64,000 nucleotides of DNA from Actinomycetota bacterium (GCA_014360685.1 JACIXB010000023.1:9825-73824); one strand, 5' to 3'; numbered from the stretch's first letter, positions 1-9,497 are shown. Notes: a model not told the origin generated them from the sequence alone. Numbers and translations: made by a program.

Positions 1-884
1 ATACATCCGCTCCGTGGAGAGGGGCCTCTACAACAAGCCCACCGTCCTCAACAACGTGGAGACCTGGGCCAACGTGCCCGAGATCATCCTCAAGGGAGCG
101 GAATGGTACGCGAGCATGGGCACCGAGGGCTCCAAGGGCACCAAGGTATTCTCCCTGGTGGGCAAGGTCAACAACACCGGCCTGGTGGAGGTGCCCATGG
201 GCATCTCCATACGCGAGCTGGTGGAGAACATAGGCGGGGGCATCCTGGGGGGCAAGAAGTTCAAGGCGGTGCAGACCGGCGGGCCCTCGGGGGAGCTGCA
301 TCCCGGAACGCCTGGCTGACCTGCCCATCGACTTCGACAGCCTCACCAAGGCCGGGTCCATGATGGGATCCGGCGGGATCATCGTCATGGACGAGGACAC
401 CTGCATGGTGGACGTGGCCAAGTACTTCACCGGGTTCCTGGTGGAGGAGTCCTGCGGAAAGTGCACCCCGTGTCGGGACGGCCTGCCGCGCATGCTGGAC
501 CTGCTCACGGAGATCACCGAGGGCCGGGGCAGTGAGGAGCACCTGGCCATGCTGGAGGAGCTGTGCGACCTGCTGACCTGGGGTGCGCTGTGCGGCTTGG
601 GGACCTCGGCCGCCAACCCGGTGCTCTCCACCATCAAGTACTTCCGGGAGGAATACGAGGCCCACATCAAGGACAAGAAGTGCCCGGCCGGGGTGTGCAA
701 GGCGCTGATCACCTATTCCATAGACCCGGAGGCGTGCACCGGCTGCCGCCTGTGCGCCAAGAACTGCCCGCAGAACTGCATCACGGGCAAGCGCAAGGAG
801 GCCCACGTGATCGATACGTCCAAGTGCATCAAGTGCGGCGTCTGCAAGGACGTGTACACCTTCGACGCGGTGAGGATCTCGTAG
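1..884 (+). pseudogene. NADH-binding FMN/[4Fe-4S] flavoprotein subunit (NuoF/HydB/HndC-like). The 5' end is cut by the window edge and the reading frame is broken once near 294.
   Basis: The frame from position 2 reads [29 protein letters not shown]...QTGGPSGE, then stops at 317..319. A second frame continues from 297 as [38 protein letters not shown]...ESCGKCTPCRDG, followed by two C-terminal CxxCxxCxxxCP motifs. Deleting the single 'a' at 294 restores the canonical GGPSGGCIP motif. Confidence 0.85.
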
Positions 885-885
885 C

Positions 886-1613
886 ATGGGAAAGATAAGC
901 GTGGTCGTAGACGGGAGGACCTTCCAGGCCGAGAAAGACACCTGCATACTGGAGGTGGCGCGCCGGAACGGCATCCACATCCCATCCCTCTGCTACAACA
1001 GCGAGGTGACCTCCAGCGGCGGCTCCTGCCGCGTGTGCCTGGTGGAAGCCCACCAGGGGGAAAGATGAGGCTGGTCACCGCCTGCAACTACCCGGTGCGC
1101 GAGGGCCTGGAGGTGAGGACGGACACTCCCTTGGTGCGCAGGATACGCAGGGGCGTGCTGGAGCTGCTCCTGGCGCGCGTGCCGGATTCGGAAGTGATAA
1201 GGGAAATGGCCGCCGCGGAAGGGATCACCGAGGCGCGCTACCGCAAGGACGAGGGCGAGAACGAGCGCTACAAGTGCATCGCCTGCGCGCTGTGCACCAA
1301 CGTGTGCGCCGAGGTGGTGGGCGTGCACGCCATAGCCATGGTCGGGCGCGGGGCGGACAAGAAACCCGCCACCCCCTATGACAAACCGTCGGACGCGTGC
1401 ATCGGCTGCGGCGCCTGCGCCTACGCCTGCCCCACCGGGGCCATCTCCTTGAAGGAGCGGGACGGCGTGCGCCGCATATGGCACAAGGATTTCAAGATGG
1501 TCAGGTGCAGCGTATGCGGCACCCCTTACATCCCCGAGGCCCAGGTGGACTGGATAGTGAGGAAAACGGGCAAGGACAGGTCCTTCTTCGACAAGTGTCC
1601 CGACCACCGCTGA
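886..1613 (+). pseudogene. [2Fe-2S] plus 2x[4Fe-4S] electron-transfer subunit (NuoG N-terminal / HydC-like). The frame is broken once at a G-run at 1056..1060.
   Basis: The N-terminal ORF (886..1068) reads ...IPSLCYNSEVTSSGGSCRVCLVEAHQGER*. The next frame continues GGKMRLVTACNYPVREGLEVRTD..., then CIACALCTNVC and CIGCGACAYACP. The fourth 2Fe-2S cysteine (VTAC) lies after the shift. Adding one G to the run gives a continuous protein. Confidence 0.8.
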
Positions 1614-1687
1614 TCCCCGCCCTTGCTTTTTCTTTCCCCATGGGCTATGGTTGAGGCGCATTGGTTTTTGAGGTGTTACGTGGATAC

Positions 1688-1720
1688 GTCCCGAGGAGAC
1701 CGGCTCCTCGGGACTTTTTT
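1688..1720 (+). terminator. Intrinsic terminator-like hairpin
   Basis: Perfect 11-bp stem gtcccgaggag / ctcctcgggac with a 5-nt loop, followed by tttttt. Confidence 0.85.
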
Positions 1721-1740
1721 GAAGCGAAGGAGGTGAGATA

Positions 1741-2013
1741 GTGAAGATATACGTGGGAAACCTGAGTTACTCGACGGACTCGGAGGAGCTCCAAAGGGCT
1801 TTCGAGAAGTTCGGGACCGTGGATTCGGCGGAGGTGGTCATGGACCGCAACACCAACCGCTCGCGCGGTTTCGGTTTCGTGGAGATGCCCGATGACGGCG
1901 AGGCCAGGGCGGCCATCTCCGGCCTCAACGGAAGGGAGATGGGCGGCAGGACCCTCAAGGTCAACCAGGCCAAGCCCAGGAACGCGGAGACCAGGAGCGC
2001 TTACCGCTTCTAA
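1741..2013 (+). CDS. RRM-type RNA-binding protein (RNP-1/RNP-2 motifs)
   Basis: KIYVGNLS (RNP-2) and RGFGFVEM (RNP-1). GTG start preceded by gaaggagg. 90 aa. Confidence 0.9.
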   Translation: MKIYVGNLSYSTDSEELQRAFEKFGTVDSAEVVMDRNTNRSRGFGFVEMPDDGEARAAISGLNGREMGGRTLKVNQAKPRNAETRSAYRF

Positions 2014-2061
2014 AGCCGCATTCCGCAAAAGCGAGGGGAGTCCGGCGACAACCCGAAAGCT

Positions 2062-2093
2062 GGGAGGCGGGGACAACCCCGCCTCCCCCTTTT
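2062..2093 (+). terminator. Intrinsic terminator after the RRM gene
   Basis: Perfect 11-bp stem gggaggcgggg / ccccgcctccc, loop acaa, followed by cctttt. Confidence 0.8.
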
Positions 2094-2241
2094 CCCCGCT
2101 GCCTCCATCGGCCATGTCCCCGCGAGGCCTCGCGCCAAGGTAAGCGCTTCTCCGGCAACCCGCGACCGGCGGTTGTTGACCGGCCCGAAAAGGGGGTCAT
2201 ATCATGTTTTTGCGCGTCAGAAGGAGTATGGAGGTCGAGAG

Positions 2242-3033
2242 ATGGACAGGAAACCGGAGGAGAAGGCCGAACTGCTCATGGAGTTGGCGGAAGCGCCGCT
2301 ATCCCGCCTGGAGGCGGAATTGGCCTTCCGGCATCTCTACCGCCACCTGGAGGGGGACCTTAAAAGAAGCGGCGGGGAGCTGAGCGTCCTGGACGTGGGA
2401 AGCGGCCTGGGTGAGGTGGCCTTGCGTTTCGCCGCCCTGGGACACCGGGTCACCATGCTGGAGCCCCAGGCCTGCCTCCTCAGGACCGCGGAGGAACGGG
2501 CGCGGGAGCAGCTCCCCGACAGGGCTTCCTACCTGCGTTTTCTCAACGAGCGCATCGAGAACCTCGAGGAATGCATCGCCGAGGATTTCGACCTCATCAT
2601 CTGCCACGAGACCATCGAGTACGTGGACGATCCCCTGCGGGCCCTGAACGTCATCACCAGGGTACTGCGCCCCCGCGGGAAACTCTCCCTGGTCTTCTTG
2701 AACCGTTACGGGTTGATCATGGAAAAGGTCATCATGGAGGGCAACATCCGCCTGGCCATGGAGGCCTTTGATATGGAAGAATTTCCCACACCATTGCACA
2801 GTGGACGAGGGCACCTTTACTCCGACGCCGAGATCCTGGCCCTGCTGGACCCCCTGGGCTACAACCTCGAGGGGCAGTACGGCCTTCTGGTCTTTTCCGA
2901 ATTCGTGGACTGCTCCCTCTTCGAGGAAGGCCAATGCTACAAGGGACTGATCGAGCTGGAGCTTAGGGCGGGTCAGGAACCCCACCTCAAGGGGGTGGGC
3001 AAGTACGTCCAGCTGATTTGTTCCAAGGCCTGA
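2242..3033 (+). CDS. Class I SAM-dependent methyltransferase
   Basis: VLDVGSGLGEVALRFA motif I and LRPRGKLSLV motif. ATG at 2242 has ggagg 7 nt upstream. The ORF is open from 2173. Confidence 0.75.
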   Translation: MDRKPEEKAELLMELAEAPLSRLEAELAFRHLYRHLEGDLKRSGGELSVLDVGSGLGEVALRFAALGHRVTMLEPQACLLRTAEERAREQLPDRASYLRFLNERIENLEECIAEDFDLIICHETIEYVDDPLRALNVITRVLRPRGKLSLVFLNRYGLIMEKVIMEGNIRLAMEAFDMEEFPTPLHSGRGHLYSDAEILALLDPLGYNLEGQYGLLVFSEFVDCSLFEEGQCYKGLIELELRAGQEPHLKGVGKYVQLICSKA

Positions 3034-3297
3034 CCCTCGCCCTTCCCCGCCGGGAATCTTCCGGGAACATCCGGAGAAGATCGCATGGGTTTTGCCCGTC
3101 CACCCCTAAAACCCTTGACCTGGAGCGAAGTCACGCGGCACCCCGGCCGCATATCCTGGGGCCGGAGACTGGAAGTCCTTCTCGCGCAAGGGGAGGCGAT
3201 CTTAGCTTTCACCCGTTTTCCCGCTTGGCGCGCATCGGTGAGCGTCGCGCGCCGTTTTCGCCGTTGGTGAGCGTCACTCGCTTTTATCACCAGGCTT

Positions 3298-4584
3298 TCA
3301 GTGTCCCGTTTCCCGGTGAGCCGTTTGCGGCGGGAAACGGCGCAGGGAAGCGGTTTGGCCGTGGATCCCCCTCTTGACCGTCGCGTAGGTCAGAAGCTGC
3401 TGGTAGAGGCTCTGGTCGGCCAGGTCGCGCCAGCGCAATTGCCGCCGGGTGCGGGTCAGGAAGAGCATGGGGATCCAGGTTCCCGTGTTTATGTAATACT
3501 TGCCTTTTTTGCCCTCCAGGACGGGTTGCATCTCGTTGGAATAGTAGCGATGGTCGTGGCCGAAGATCACCACGTCTATGCCCTGGTCCGACAGGAGCAG
3601 GTCCCGGGCGGCCGAGGAAAGGGCGTCCTCCCGGGTGGCCAGGGGATCCAGGTGCAGTCCGTCCTCCCGTCCCCCTTCTTCCTCGGCTTCCTCGGACGGG
3701 AGGTGGTGGATCGGCATCTCCGCTTCCTCCAGGCCCTGCAGCTCCACGCGGGCCCTGCCGGTTATGAAGCCCAGAGCCCTTCTCAGGGAATAGCCCCAGG
3801 TGTCCAGCCGGCCTTCACGGCTCTTGGTCCGCAGTTGGCGGCTTTTTCGGAAAGGGGGAAAGCCCACCTTGGCCATGAAGCGGGCCAGCTTGAACCCGTA
3901 GACCAGCTTGAACCACCAGCTCTCATCCTGGATGCCTAAAAATACCATGTTGGGAATGGGCCTCACGTTATTGACGAACGGGTTTCGCTCGCTCATCATC
4001 CCGTTGGCGAAATATTCCAGGAAACAGTTGCTCCAACTTCTTTCCAGGCGCAGTTCTCCCGTGCGGGGATCGCGGAGGAAGGGATGGGTGAAGTTCTCAA
4101 AGGCGCTGTCCGCGTAGTACTGGTTGCCGTGCTCCACGTAAAGCCCGCCTTCCCGGTAGAAACCCGTGTAAGCGAAATGGAAGTGCTCGGAATCCGGACC
4201 CCCCATCTCCTCCAGGAGGCGCTCCCGGACGCGGGGCCAGAAAAGGTCCACGTCGTGGTTGCCGGGGATCAGGACCAGGCGGTGCCCGCTTTCCATGAAA
4301 CGCCGCAGGGCCGCGAAGCAGTCGCGGTGGGCCTCCAGGATGCGCTCCAGCTTGGCCAGGGATTCCTCTTCCCTGCACCCCAGGCGGGAGAAGGGTTTGA
4401 CGGAGGTCTTCTCCAGGTTTACGGCCACGAAATCCAGGAAGTCGCCGTTGATGATGAGCTCGGAGTGGCGGCGTTCCCCTACGGCCTCCAGGAAGGAACG
4501 GAAGGAAGCGTCCTGGTCGAACTCGTCCAGGTGGTCACCCGCTCCCAGGTGCAGGTCGCTGATCACGAAACTGGTCCTGGCCAC
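3298..4584 (-). CDS. Calcineurin-like metallophosphoesterase
   Basis: Motifs ISDLHLGAGD, INGDFLDF, PGNHD and GHDH. GTG at 4584 is preceded by gggagg. The ORF is open to 4635. Confidence 0.8.
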   Translation of the reverse strand: MARTSFVISDLHLGAGDHLDEFDQDASFRSFLEAVGERRHSELIINGDFLDFVAVNLEKTSVKPFSRLGCREEESLAKLERILEAHRDCFAALRRFMESGHRLVLIPGNHDVDLFWPRVRERLLEEMGGPDSEHFHFAYTGFYREGGLYVEHGNQYYADSAFENFTHPFLRDPRTGELRLERSWSNCFLEYFANGMMSERNPFVNNVRPIPNMVFLGIQDESWWFKLVYGFKLARFMAKVGFPPFRKSRQLRTKSREGRLDTWGYSLRRALGFITGRARVELQGLEEAEMPIHHLPSEEAEEEGGREDGLHLDPLATREDALSSAARDLLLSDQGIDVVIFGHDHRYYSNEMQPVLEGKKGKYYINTGTWIPMLFLTRTRRQLRWRDLADQSLYQQLLTYATVKRGIHGQTASLRRFPPQTAHRETGH

Positions 4585-5185
4585 GTTTTTCTGCCTCCCC
4601 AAGACTGAACGTCGAACCGTATGAAAGTATAGCACCGGAGCCGGGCGGAGGGCGCGCGGTCTTCGCGGGCTTTCCGTGCCGCGGCCGGAACCAGGCCTCG
4701 TGGGGCCCGGAAACCCGCCGGGCGTGAAGGTTTTTCACGGGGAGCGAGGTGTCATCCATCCCCTGTATCTGTGGTGGACGCCGCCGTGGACATCGTCACG
4801 TCTCGTTTCGGCATCGCCCGGCCGGTACAACGGCCGTCGCATACCTCGGCGGTTGCCGCGAAGCGGCGCTTGCGTTTCACCGGGTCAGCCCGAGAAGGGC
4901 CTTTCCTCAACGGGGTGTTTCGCTTCCGGAGTTGGCGGTCCGGAGGGGAGGCCGATTATACTTAGACCGAAACGGTCACCGGAGGCCGGCGGGAAGTGAT
5001 AGAGTTTCACCCGCGTCCTGGGGTGGAAGGGATATCCCGTTGGGTTGGCGCCCGTGGATGGGGGTCACGGATTACTTTTACGCTGACCAGGCGGATCGTC
5101 CAGGGCGATGTCTCCACGCCCGGAACGGCTTGGATGACGAAGGACAAGAAACCAAGGCTTTGGGAGGCTTGTGAGAGGTCCGGAA

Positions 5186-6310
5186 ATGGTCTGCAGTGTG
5201 GGGAAGATCGTAGAGTTTATGGAAAAAATCGCCCCCCCCGGATTCGCGGAGGACTGGGACCGCGTGGGACTGCAGTGCGGTTCGCCGGAGTCCCGTGTGC
5301 ATACCGTCCTGGTGGCCCTGGAGGTGAACCGGGAGGTGGTGGAGGAGGCGCAGGAGAGAGGGGCGGGGTTGATAATCTGTCACCACCCCCTCATCTTCGA
5401 GCCACTTGCCCACTTGCGGGAGGACGGGCCCCCGGGCGACCTGCTCTGTTCCGTGGTCCGGTCCGGCTTGGCGGTTTACGCGGCCCACACCAACCTGGAC
5501 GCGGCGCCCCGGGGAGTGAACGAGGCCCTCGCCGAAACCCTCGGCTTGCGGGATCACGCCCCGCTGGAAGAGGGACTCACCAGGCCGGCTTGCAAGTTGG
5601 TGACCTTCCTGCCTCCCGAGCATCTCGCCCCGGTTAGCCGAGCCCTCTTCGAGGCCGGCGCCGGGGTGATAGGGGAGTATACGGGGTGTTCCTTCCGCTC
5701 CCCGGGAACGGGGACCTTTTATGCCGGCCGGGGTACCAGCCCGGCCTACGGAGTGAAGGGGATGATGAACGAGGTGAGCGAGGTCCGCCTGGAAGTGCAG
5801 GTGGAGGAGAGGTTCCTGGAGGCGGCCCTGCGGGCCCTCCTCCACGCCCACCCCTACGAGGAACCGGCGGTGGACGTTTATTCCATAAGGGTTCCGTCGG
5901 GACGCGGGACGGGAAGGGTAGGTGAGCCGGAGAATCCTATGCGGCTGGAAGAACTGGCCGACCTGTGCCGGAGGCGCCTGCAAAACCCGGGCGTGCGCTT
6001 CGCCGGCGATCCGGGGCGGGTGGTGAGGAAGGTGGCGGTGTGCGGCGGCCGCGGAGCTTACCTGGCGACGGAGGCGTTGCGGGCGGGAGCCGACGCATTG
6101 GTGACCGGGGACGTGAGCCACCACCAGGCGTTGGCGGCCTTGAGCCTGGGCTTGGCGGTGGTGGATGCCGGACATTATCATACCGAGAGGACCGTGGTGC
6201 CCCACCTGGCGCGCATGCTTGGTGAGATGGCGGAGGAAGAAGGGCTGGAGGTGGAGATAGTCGCTTCCCGCGTGGATACCTGTCCCTGGAAGGTCGGAGG
6301 TGCGAGTTGA
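5186..6310 (+). CDS. Nif3-like dinuclear metal-centre protein (YqfO/YbgI family)
   Basis: N-terminus KIVEFMEKIAPPGFAEDWDRVGLQCG. The C-terminal half ends with the DAGHYHTE metal motif. An inserted PII-like domain is typical of long Nif3 proteins. Confidence 0.8.
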   Translation: MVCSVGKIVEFMEKIAPPGFAEDWDRVGLQCGSPESRVHTVLVALEVNREVVEEAQERGAGLIICHHPLIFEPLAHLREDGPPGDLLCSVVRSGLAVYAAHTNLDAAPRGVNEALAETLGLRDHAPLEEGLTRPACKLVTFLPPEHLAPVSRALFEAGAGVIGEYTGCSFRSPGTGTFYAGRGTSPAYGVKGMMNEVSEVRLEVQVEERFLEAALRALLHAHPYEEPAVDVYSIRVPSGRGTGRVGEPENPMRLEELADLCRRRLQNPGVRFAGDPGRVVRKVAVCGGRGAYLATEALRAGADALVTGDVSHHQALAALSLGLAVVDAGHYHTERTVVPHLARMLGEMAEEEGLEVEIVASRVDTCPWKVGGAS

Positions 6311-7014
6311 GCGAGCTGGAGTCGCTGTACCAGGTTCAGCAATTGGACACCAGGATATTCGAGCTGCGGGAGAAGCTGGAGAACAACCCCCTCAAGGAGG
6401 AGTTGGAGGGCCTCCGCGGCCGGGAGCGGGAATGCTCGGAGGAACTTTCCAGGGTCGAGGAGGACTTGGAAAGATCTACCAGGATACAGGCTGCGCTGGA
6501 GGACGAGATCCGGAGCCTGGACCAGAAGTTGGCCCGGGAGGAGAGCAAGCTCTACGGCGGCCAGGTCACCAATCCCAAGGAACTCCGGGGGCTGCAGGCA
6601 GAGGTCCGTTCTCTGAAGAGAAAGAAGGATGAACTGGAGACGAAGCTCCTGGAGGAGATGGAGGGGCAGGACGCCGTGAAGGCGAGGGCCGGGGAGCTGA
6701 GATCCCGGGGACGGGAGCTCGCAGACCTTATCGAGGAAAAGGAAGGCCTCCTGGAAAGGGAGTCGGGAGAGTTGGCCTCCGAGCTCGCGGAGCTGGAAAA
6801 GGAAAGGGAGAAATGGGCTTCCGGGGTGAGCGAGGAAGTCATGCGGCTCTACGAAAAGATCCTCGCCGCCAAGCAGAACCTGGCCGTGGTGAAGGTCATC
6901 GACGGGGTTTGCCAGGGGTGCAGGGTGGAGCTGCCGGGGAAGGAATACGACCGCTTCCTGAAGACGGAAGGCGTCTTCCGCTGCTCCAACTGCGGGCGCA
7001 TACTGGTTCGGTGA
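6307..7014 (+). CDS. Coiled-coil C4 zinc-ribbon protein (COG1579/DUF164-like)
   Basis: Long heptad-like E/K/L-rich region ending CQGCRVELP...FRCSNCGRIL. TTGA overlap with the Nif3 stop. This is the usual Nif3 neighbour. Confidence 0.75.
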   Translation: MSELESLYQVQQLDTRIFELREKLENNPLKEELEGLRGRERECSEELSRVEEDLERSTRIQAALEDEIRSLDQKLAREESKLYGGQVTNPKELRGLQAEVRSLKRKKDELETKLLEEMEGQDAVKARAGELRSRGRELADLIEEKEGLLERESGELASELAELEKEREKWASGVSEEVMRLYEKILAAKQNLAVVKVIDGVCQGCRVELPGKEYDRFLKTEGVFRCSNCGRILVR

Positions 7015-7041
7015 ACCCGGGGCCCCAGGGGGGCGAGGCCG

Positions 7042-7584
7042 TTGGGGAGGAGAAAGAGCAGGAAAAGCGTGGTGGAACCGGCATTCCAGGGAGCCAAGCA
7101 TTTCGATGAGCTCCATGTCTTCATTGACGGGGCCGCCCGGGGCAACCCGGGTCCGGCGGCCATAGGGGTGGTCGTCCTTACCCGCCAGGGACGCCGCGTG
7201 GCCGCCTTCGGGGAGGCCATCGGTGAGGCCACCAACAATTTCGCCGAGTACACCGCGCTGGTGCACGCCCTGCGCCTGCTCTCCGCGTACGAGGTCGACC
7301 GCTTACGCATCTATGCCGACAGCGAACTGGTGGTGCGCCAGATACGCGGCCTTTACCGGGTGAAGGAGAGATCCCTGCGCAGCCTCCATTCCCAGGTCAT
7401 GTCCATGCTGGGGCGGTACCGCGACTGGAGCATCCAGCACGTGCCGCGCGAGGAGAACCGGGAAGCGGACCGCCTGGCCAACCGCGCCCTGGACGAGGCG
7501 GGCGGATCGTCGCCCACCGGTCGCCCGCGTGAAGAGCAGCGGGAGGAGCAACCTGCCCTCTTCCCCGACGAGGAGGAAGGATAG
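7042..7584 (+). CDS. RNase H family protein (RNase HI-like)
   Basis: VFIDGAARGNPGPAAIGVVV..NNFAEYTALVHAL..IYADSELVVRQ..NREADRLAN carries the DEDD-type catalytic motifs. The true start may be a GTG near 7069. Confidence 0.8.
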   Translation: MGRRKSRKSVVEPAFQGAKHFDELHVFIDGAARGNPGPAAIGVVVLTRQGRRVAAFGEAIGEATNNFAEYTALVHALRLLSAYEVDRLRIYADSELVVRQIRGLYRVKERSLRSLHSQVMSMLGRYRDWSIQHVPREENREADRLANRALDEAGGSSPTGRPREEQREEQPALFPDEEEG

Positions 7585-7733
7585 GGAGGCGGAAAGGTTT
7601 TAAGGGCCGGGAAGGCCCACGAGCCTCCCTCCTTCCCAACCAGGGAAAAGCCGAGGGAAAGCAACCATTCGAGGTCCGGTAGCGGAGGTCCACGCGCCGA
7701 GCCCCCGAGCGAGGAAGGAAGGAGAGGAGACCA

Positions 7734-8318
7734 TTGTTCATCCTGGCCCATGCGGGTTTCACCCTGGCCCCCGCCGCCGCTTTCTCCGGCTGGTGGAAAA
7801 AAAACCGGGGATTCCGGCACGGGGCGCCCGATCTGAGGTGGCTCCTGGCCGGCACCGTCCTTCCCGACGTGGTGGACAAGGCGGTGGGGGAGGTGCTCTT
7901 CCGCTCCTATTTCCAGAACGGGCGCATATACTTCCACACCTCGCTCTTCACCCTCCTCCTCCTGCTGGCCGGCCTTTACGGCTGGGCCAGGAGGAGGGAC
8001 AGCCGCCTGCTCCTCCTCTCCTTGGGCATGGCTTCCCACCTGGTCCTGGACCGCATCTGGATAGAGCCCACCACGGCGCTTTGGCCCTCCCTGGGACCCT
8101 TCCTCCGCCATCCATCGGACCTGACCCTGATCCAGCAGGTGCTTGAATATGTACGTGATCCCGTTTTCTGGGTCACGGAGGCCGTGGGCGCGGTCCTTTT
8201 GGTGACTTCACTAAACGCGCTGGGTGTGGATTCAGGGGCCAGGCTCGGAGATTTCCTCCGCCGCGGCAACATGCCGGCGTTGCTATCGCGGAAGGTGACC
8301 GGATCCGGAAACGGGTAG
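7734..8318 (+). CDS. Membrane-bound metal-dependent hydrolase-like protein (DUF457/YdjM-like)
   Basis: Several hydrophobic segments. N-terminal FILAHAG, plus LPDVVDK and HLVLD motifs. Confidence 0.5.
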   Translation: MFILAHAGFTLAPAAAFSGWWKKNRGFRHGAPDLRWLLAGTVLPDVVDKAVGEVLFRSYFQNGRIYFHTSLFTLLLLLAGLYGWARRRDSRLLLLSLGMASHLVLDRIWIEPTTALWPSLGPFLRHPSDLTLIQQVLEYVRDPVFWVTEAVGAVLLVTSLNALGVDSGARLGDFLRRGNMPALLSRKVTGSGNG

Positions 8319-8678
8319 CCGCTTCCGCGGGATCCCACGTTGTCCGGTGGACCGACGGCCCCCGTGACCCCGGAGGAGGGGCGGCGTCGCGCGTGGTTCC
8401 CGGGGTTACCCTCCACCGCGAAAACGTCGAGTTCCCGGGCCTTTGACCCGGGGCCTCGGCCGAAAGGAGACGGCTCGCCCCGGCGCTGCGGCTGACCCGT
8501 GATGCGGGGTGATGTTCACCCACCGGCGGGTTGGGTACCTTGGGCGTTCCTCCCGTATCCATACCGCAAACCGGAGAAGTAAGGGGTCCGGTCCCCGCCC
8601 GGGAAGCGCGAGATCGCGCCCCGTTCGCCCCGTGCCTCGTCTTGCCGCCCGTGGGAGGGGTGCTAAAATAGGTGCGTC

Positions 8679-9305
8679 ATGGGAACGGCCTATCTTCTTA
8701 GACACGGAGAGACCGAGTACCACGCCCGGCAGCGCCTGTTGGGTCGGCTGGACATCGGGCTCAACGAGAGGGGGCGGGAGCAGGCCCGGCGGGTGGTCGA
8801 TTTCTTCCGCGGCCTGAAGTTGGACGCCGTGTATTCCAGCCCCCTGAAGCGCTGCCTGGAGACGGCGGCCCCGGTGGCCGAGGACCAGGGGTTGTCCATC
8901 CAGATAATGGAAGGGCTCATGGAGGTGGACATGGGCGAGTGGGATGGCCGGACCTTCGAGGAGCTCTTCCGGGAGGAGGGAGAGCTGGTGGGGAAGTGGA
9001 TGCGCAACCCCTCCTCGGTGGCTATTCCCGGGGGCGAGGATTTCGGTGCGGTGCGTGACCGGGTGATGTCCTCCTTGAGGGATATTGCCTCGCGCCACCC
9101 CGGTGACCAGCGCGTGCTCGTGGTGACTCACGGGGGGCCCATACGGGGGATCCTTTGCGAGGCGCTGGGCATGGACCTGGACGGGATGTTCCGCATCCAG
9201 ATAGACCTGGCTTCCATCTCCGCCGTCAAGTATTTCGACGGCGGGATTCCCGAGACGGCCATGGTGACCCTGGTCAACGAGACCTACCACCTGCGGCGGG
9301 GCTGA
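8679..9305 (+). CDS. Histidine phosphatase family protein (phosphoglycerate-mutase/CobC-like)
   Basis: LLRHGETEYHARQRLLGRLDIGLNERGREQA carries the RHG motif. VVTHGGPIR is present near the C-terminus. Confidence 0.85.
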   Translation: MGTAYLLRHGETEYHARQRLLGRLDIGLNERGREQARRVVDFFRGLKLDAVYSSPLKRCLETAAPVAEDQGLSIQIMEGLMEVDMGEWDGRTFEELFREEGELVGKWMRNPSSVAIPGGEDFGAVRDRVMSSLRDIASRHPGDQRVLVVTHGGPIRGILCEALGMDLDGMFRIQIDLASISAVKYFDGGIPETAMVTLVNETYHLRRG

Positions 9306-9497
9306 TCGAGCGGGGTGCGGCAGGGACGCCCGCAGGAAGGTCGGGAAGCGCGGAGACGGGCCGCCGGCCGAGCCGAGAGGACCGCTCGGGCAAGGATTCC
9401 CGAGCCCATCTTGCGGATGACTAGTTCTCCAAGGGATGGCCGTGGATTTCCCATGCCGGAAGGCAATGGATAAGGACCGGGATTGCTACCGGGAAAG

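Noticed and set aside
290-1068. Programmed frameshifting or selenocysteine (TGA) recoding at the NuoF-like and Fe-S gene breaks
   Set aside because: There are no slippery heptamers or downstream stimulatory structures. The in-frame TGAs fall after the point where homology has already moved to another frame, and a single-base correction restores canonical motifs.
5078-6205. Long antisense ORFs opposite well-supported genes. Examples: 5078..6205(-), 6178..7266(-), 9982..11010(-), 23178..24401(-), 26140..27549(-), 29617..31248(+), 36722..37951(-), 37976..39496(-), 41379..42257(+), 47341..48402(-), 48649..50088(-), 51154..52665(-), 54021..55394(+) and 55623..56801(-).
   Set aside because: Each lies opposite a gene with clear family motifs and an RBS. 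Their translations are R/G/P/A-rich low-complexity sequence with no motifs. Stop-poor shadow frames like these are expected in high-GC DNA.
8319-8678. Possible cobalamin riboswitch upstream of the CobC-like histidine phosphatase
   Set aside because: Only a vague gaaaggagacggc resemblance to the B12 box. The conserved GCCACTG and GGGAA/AATCC elements are absent.
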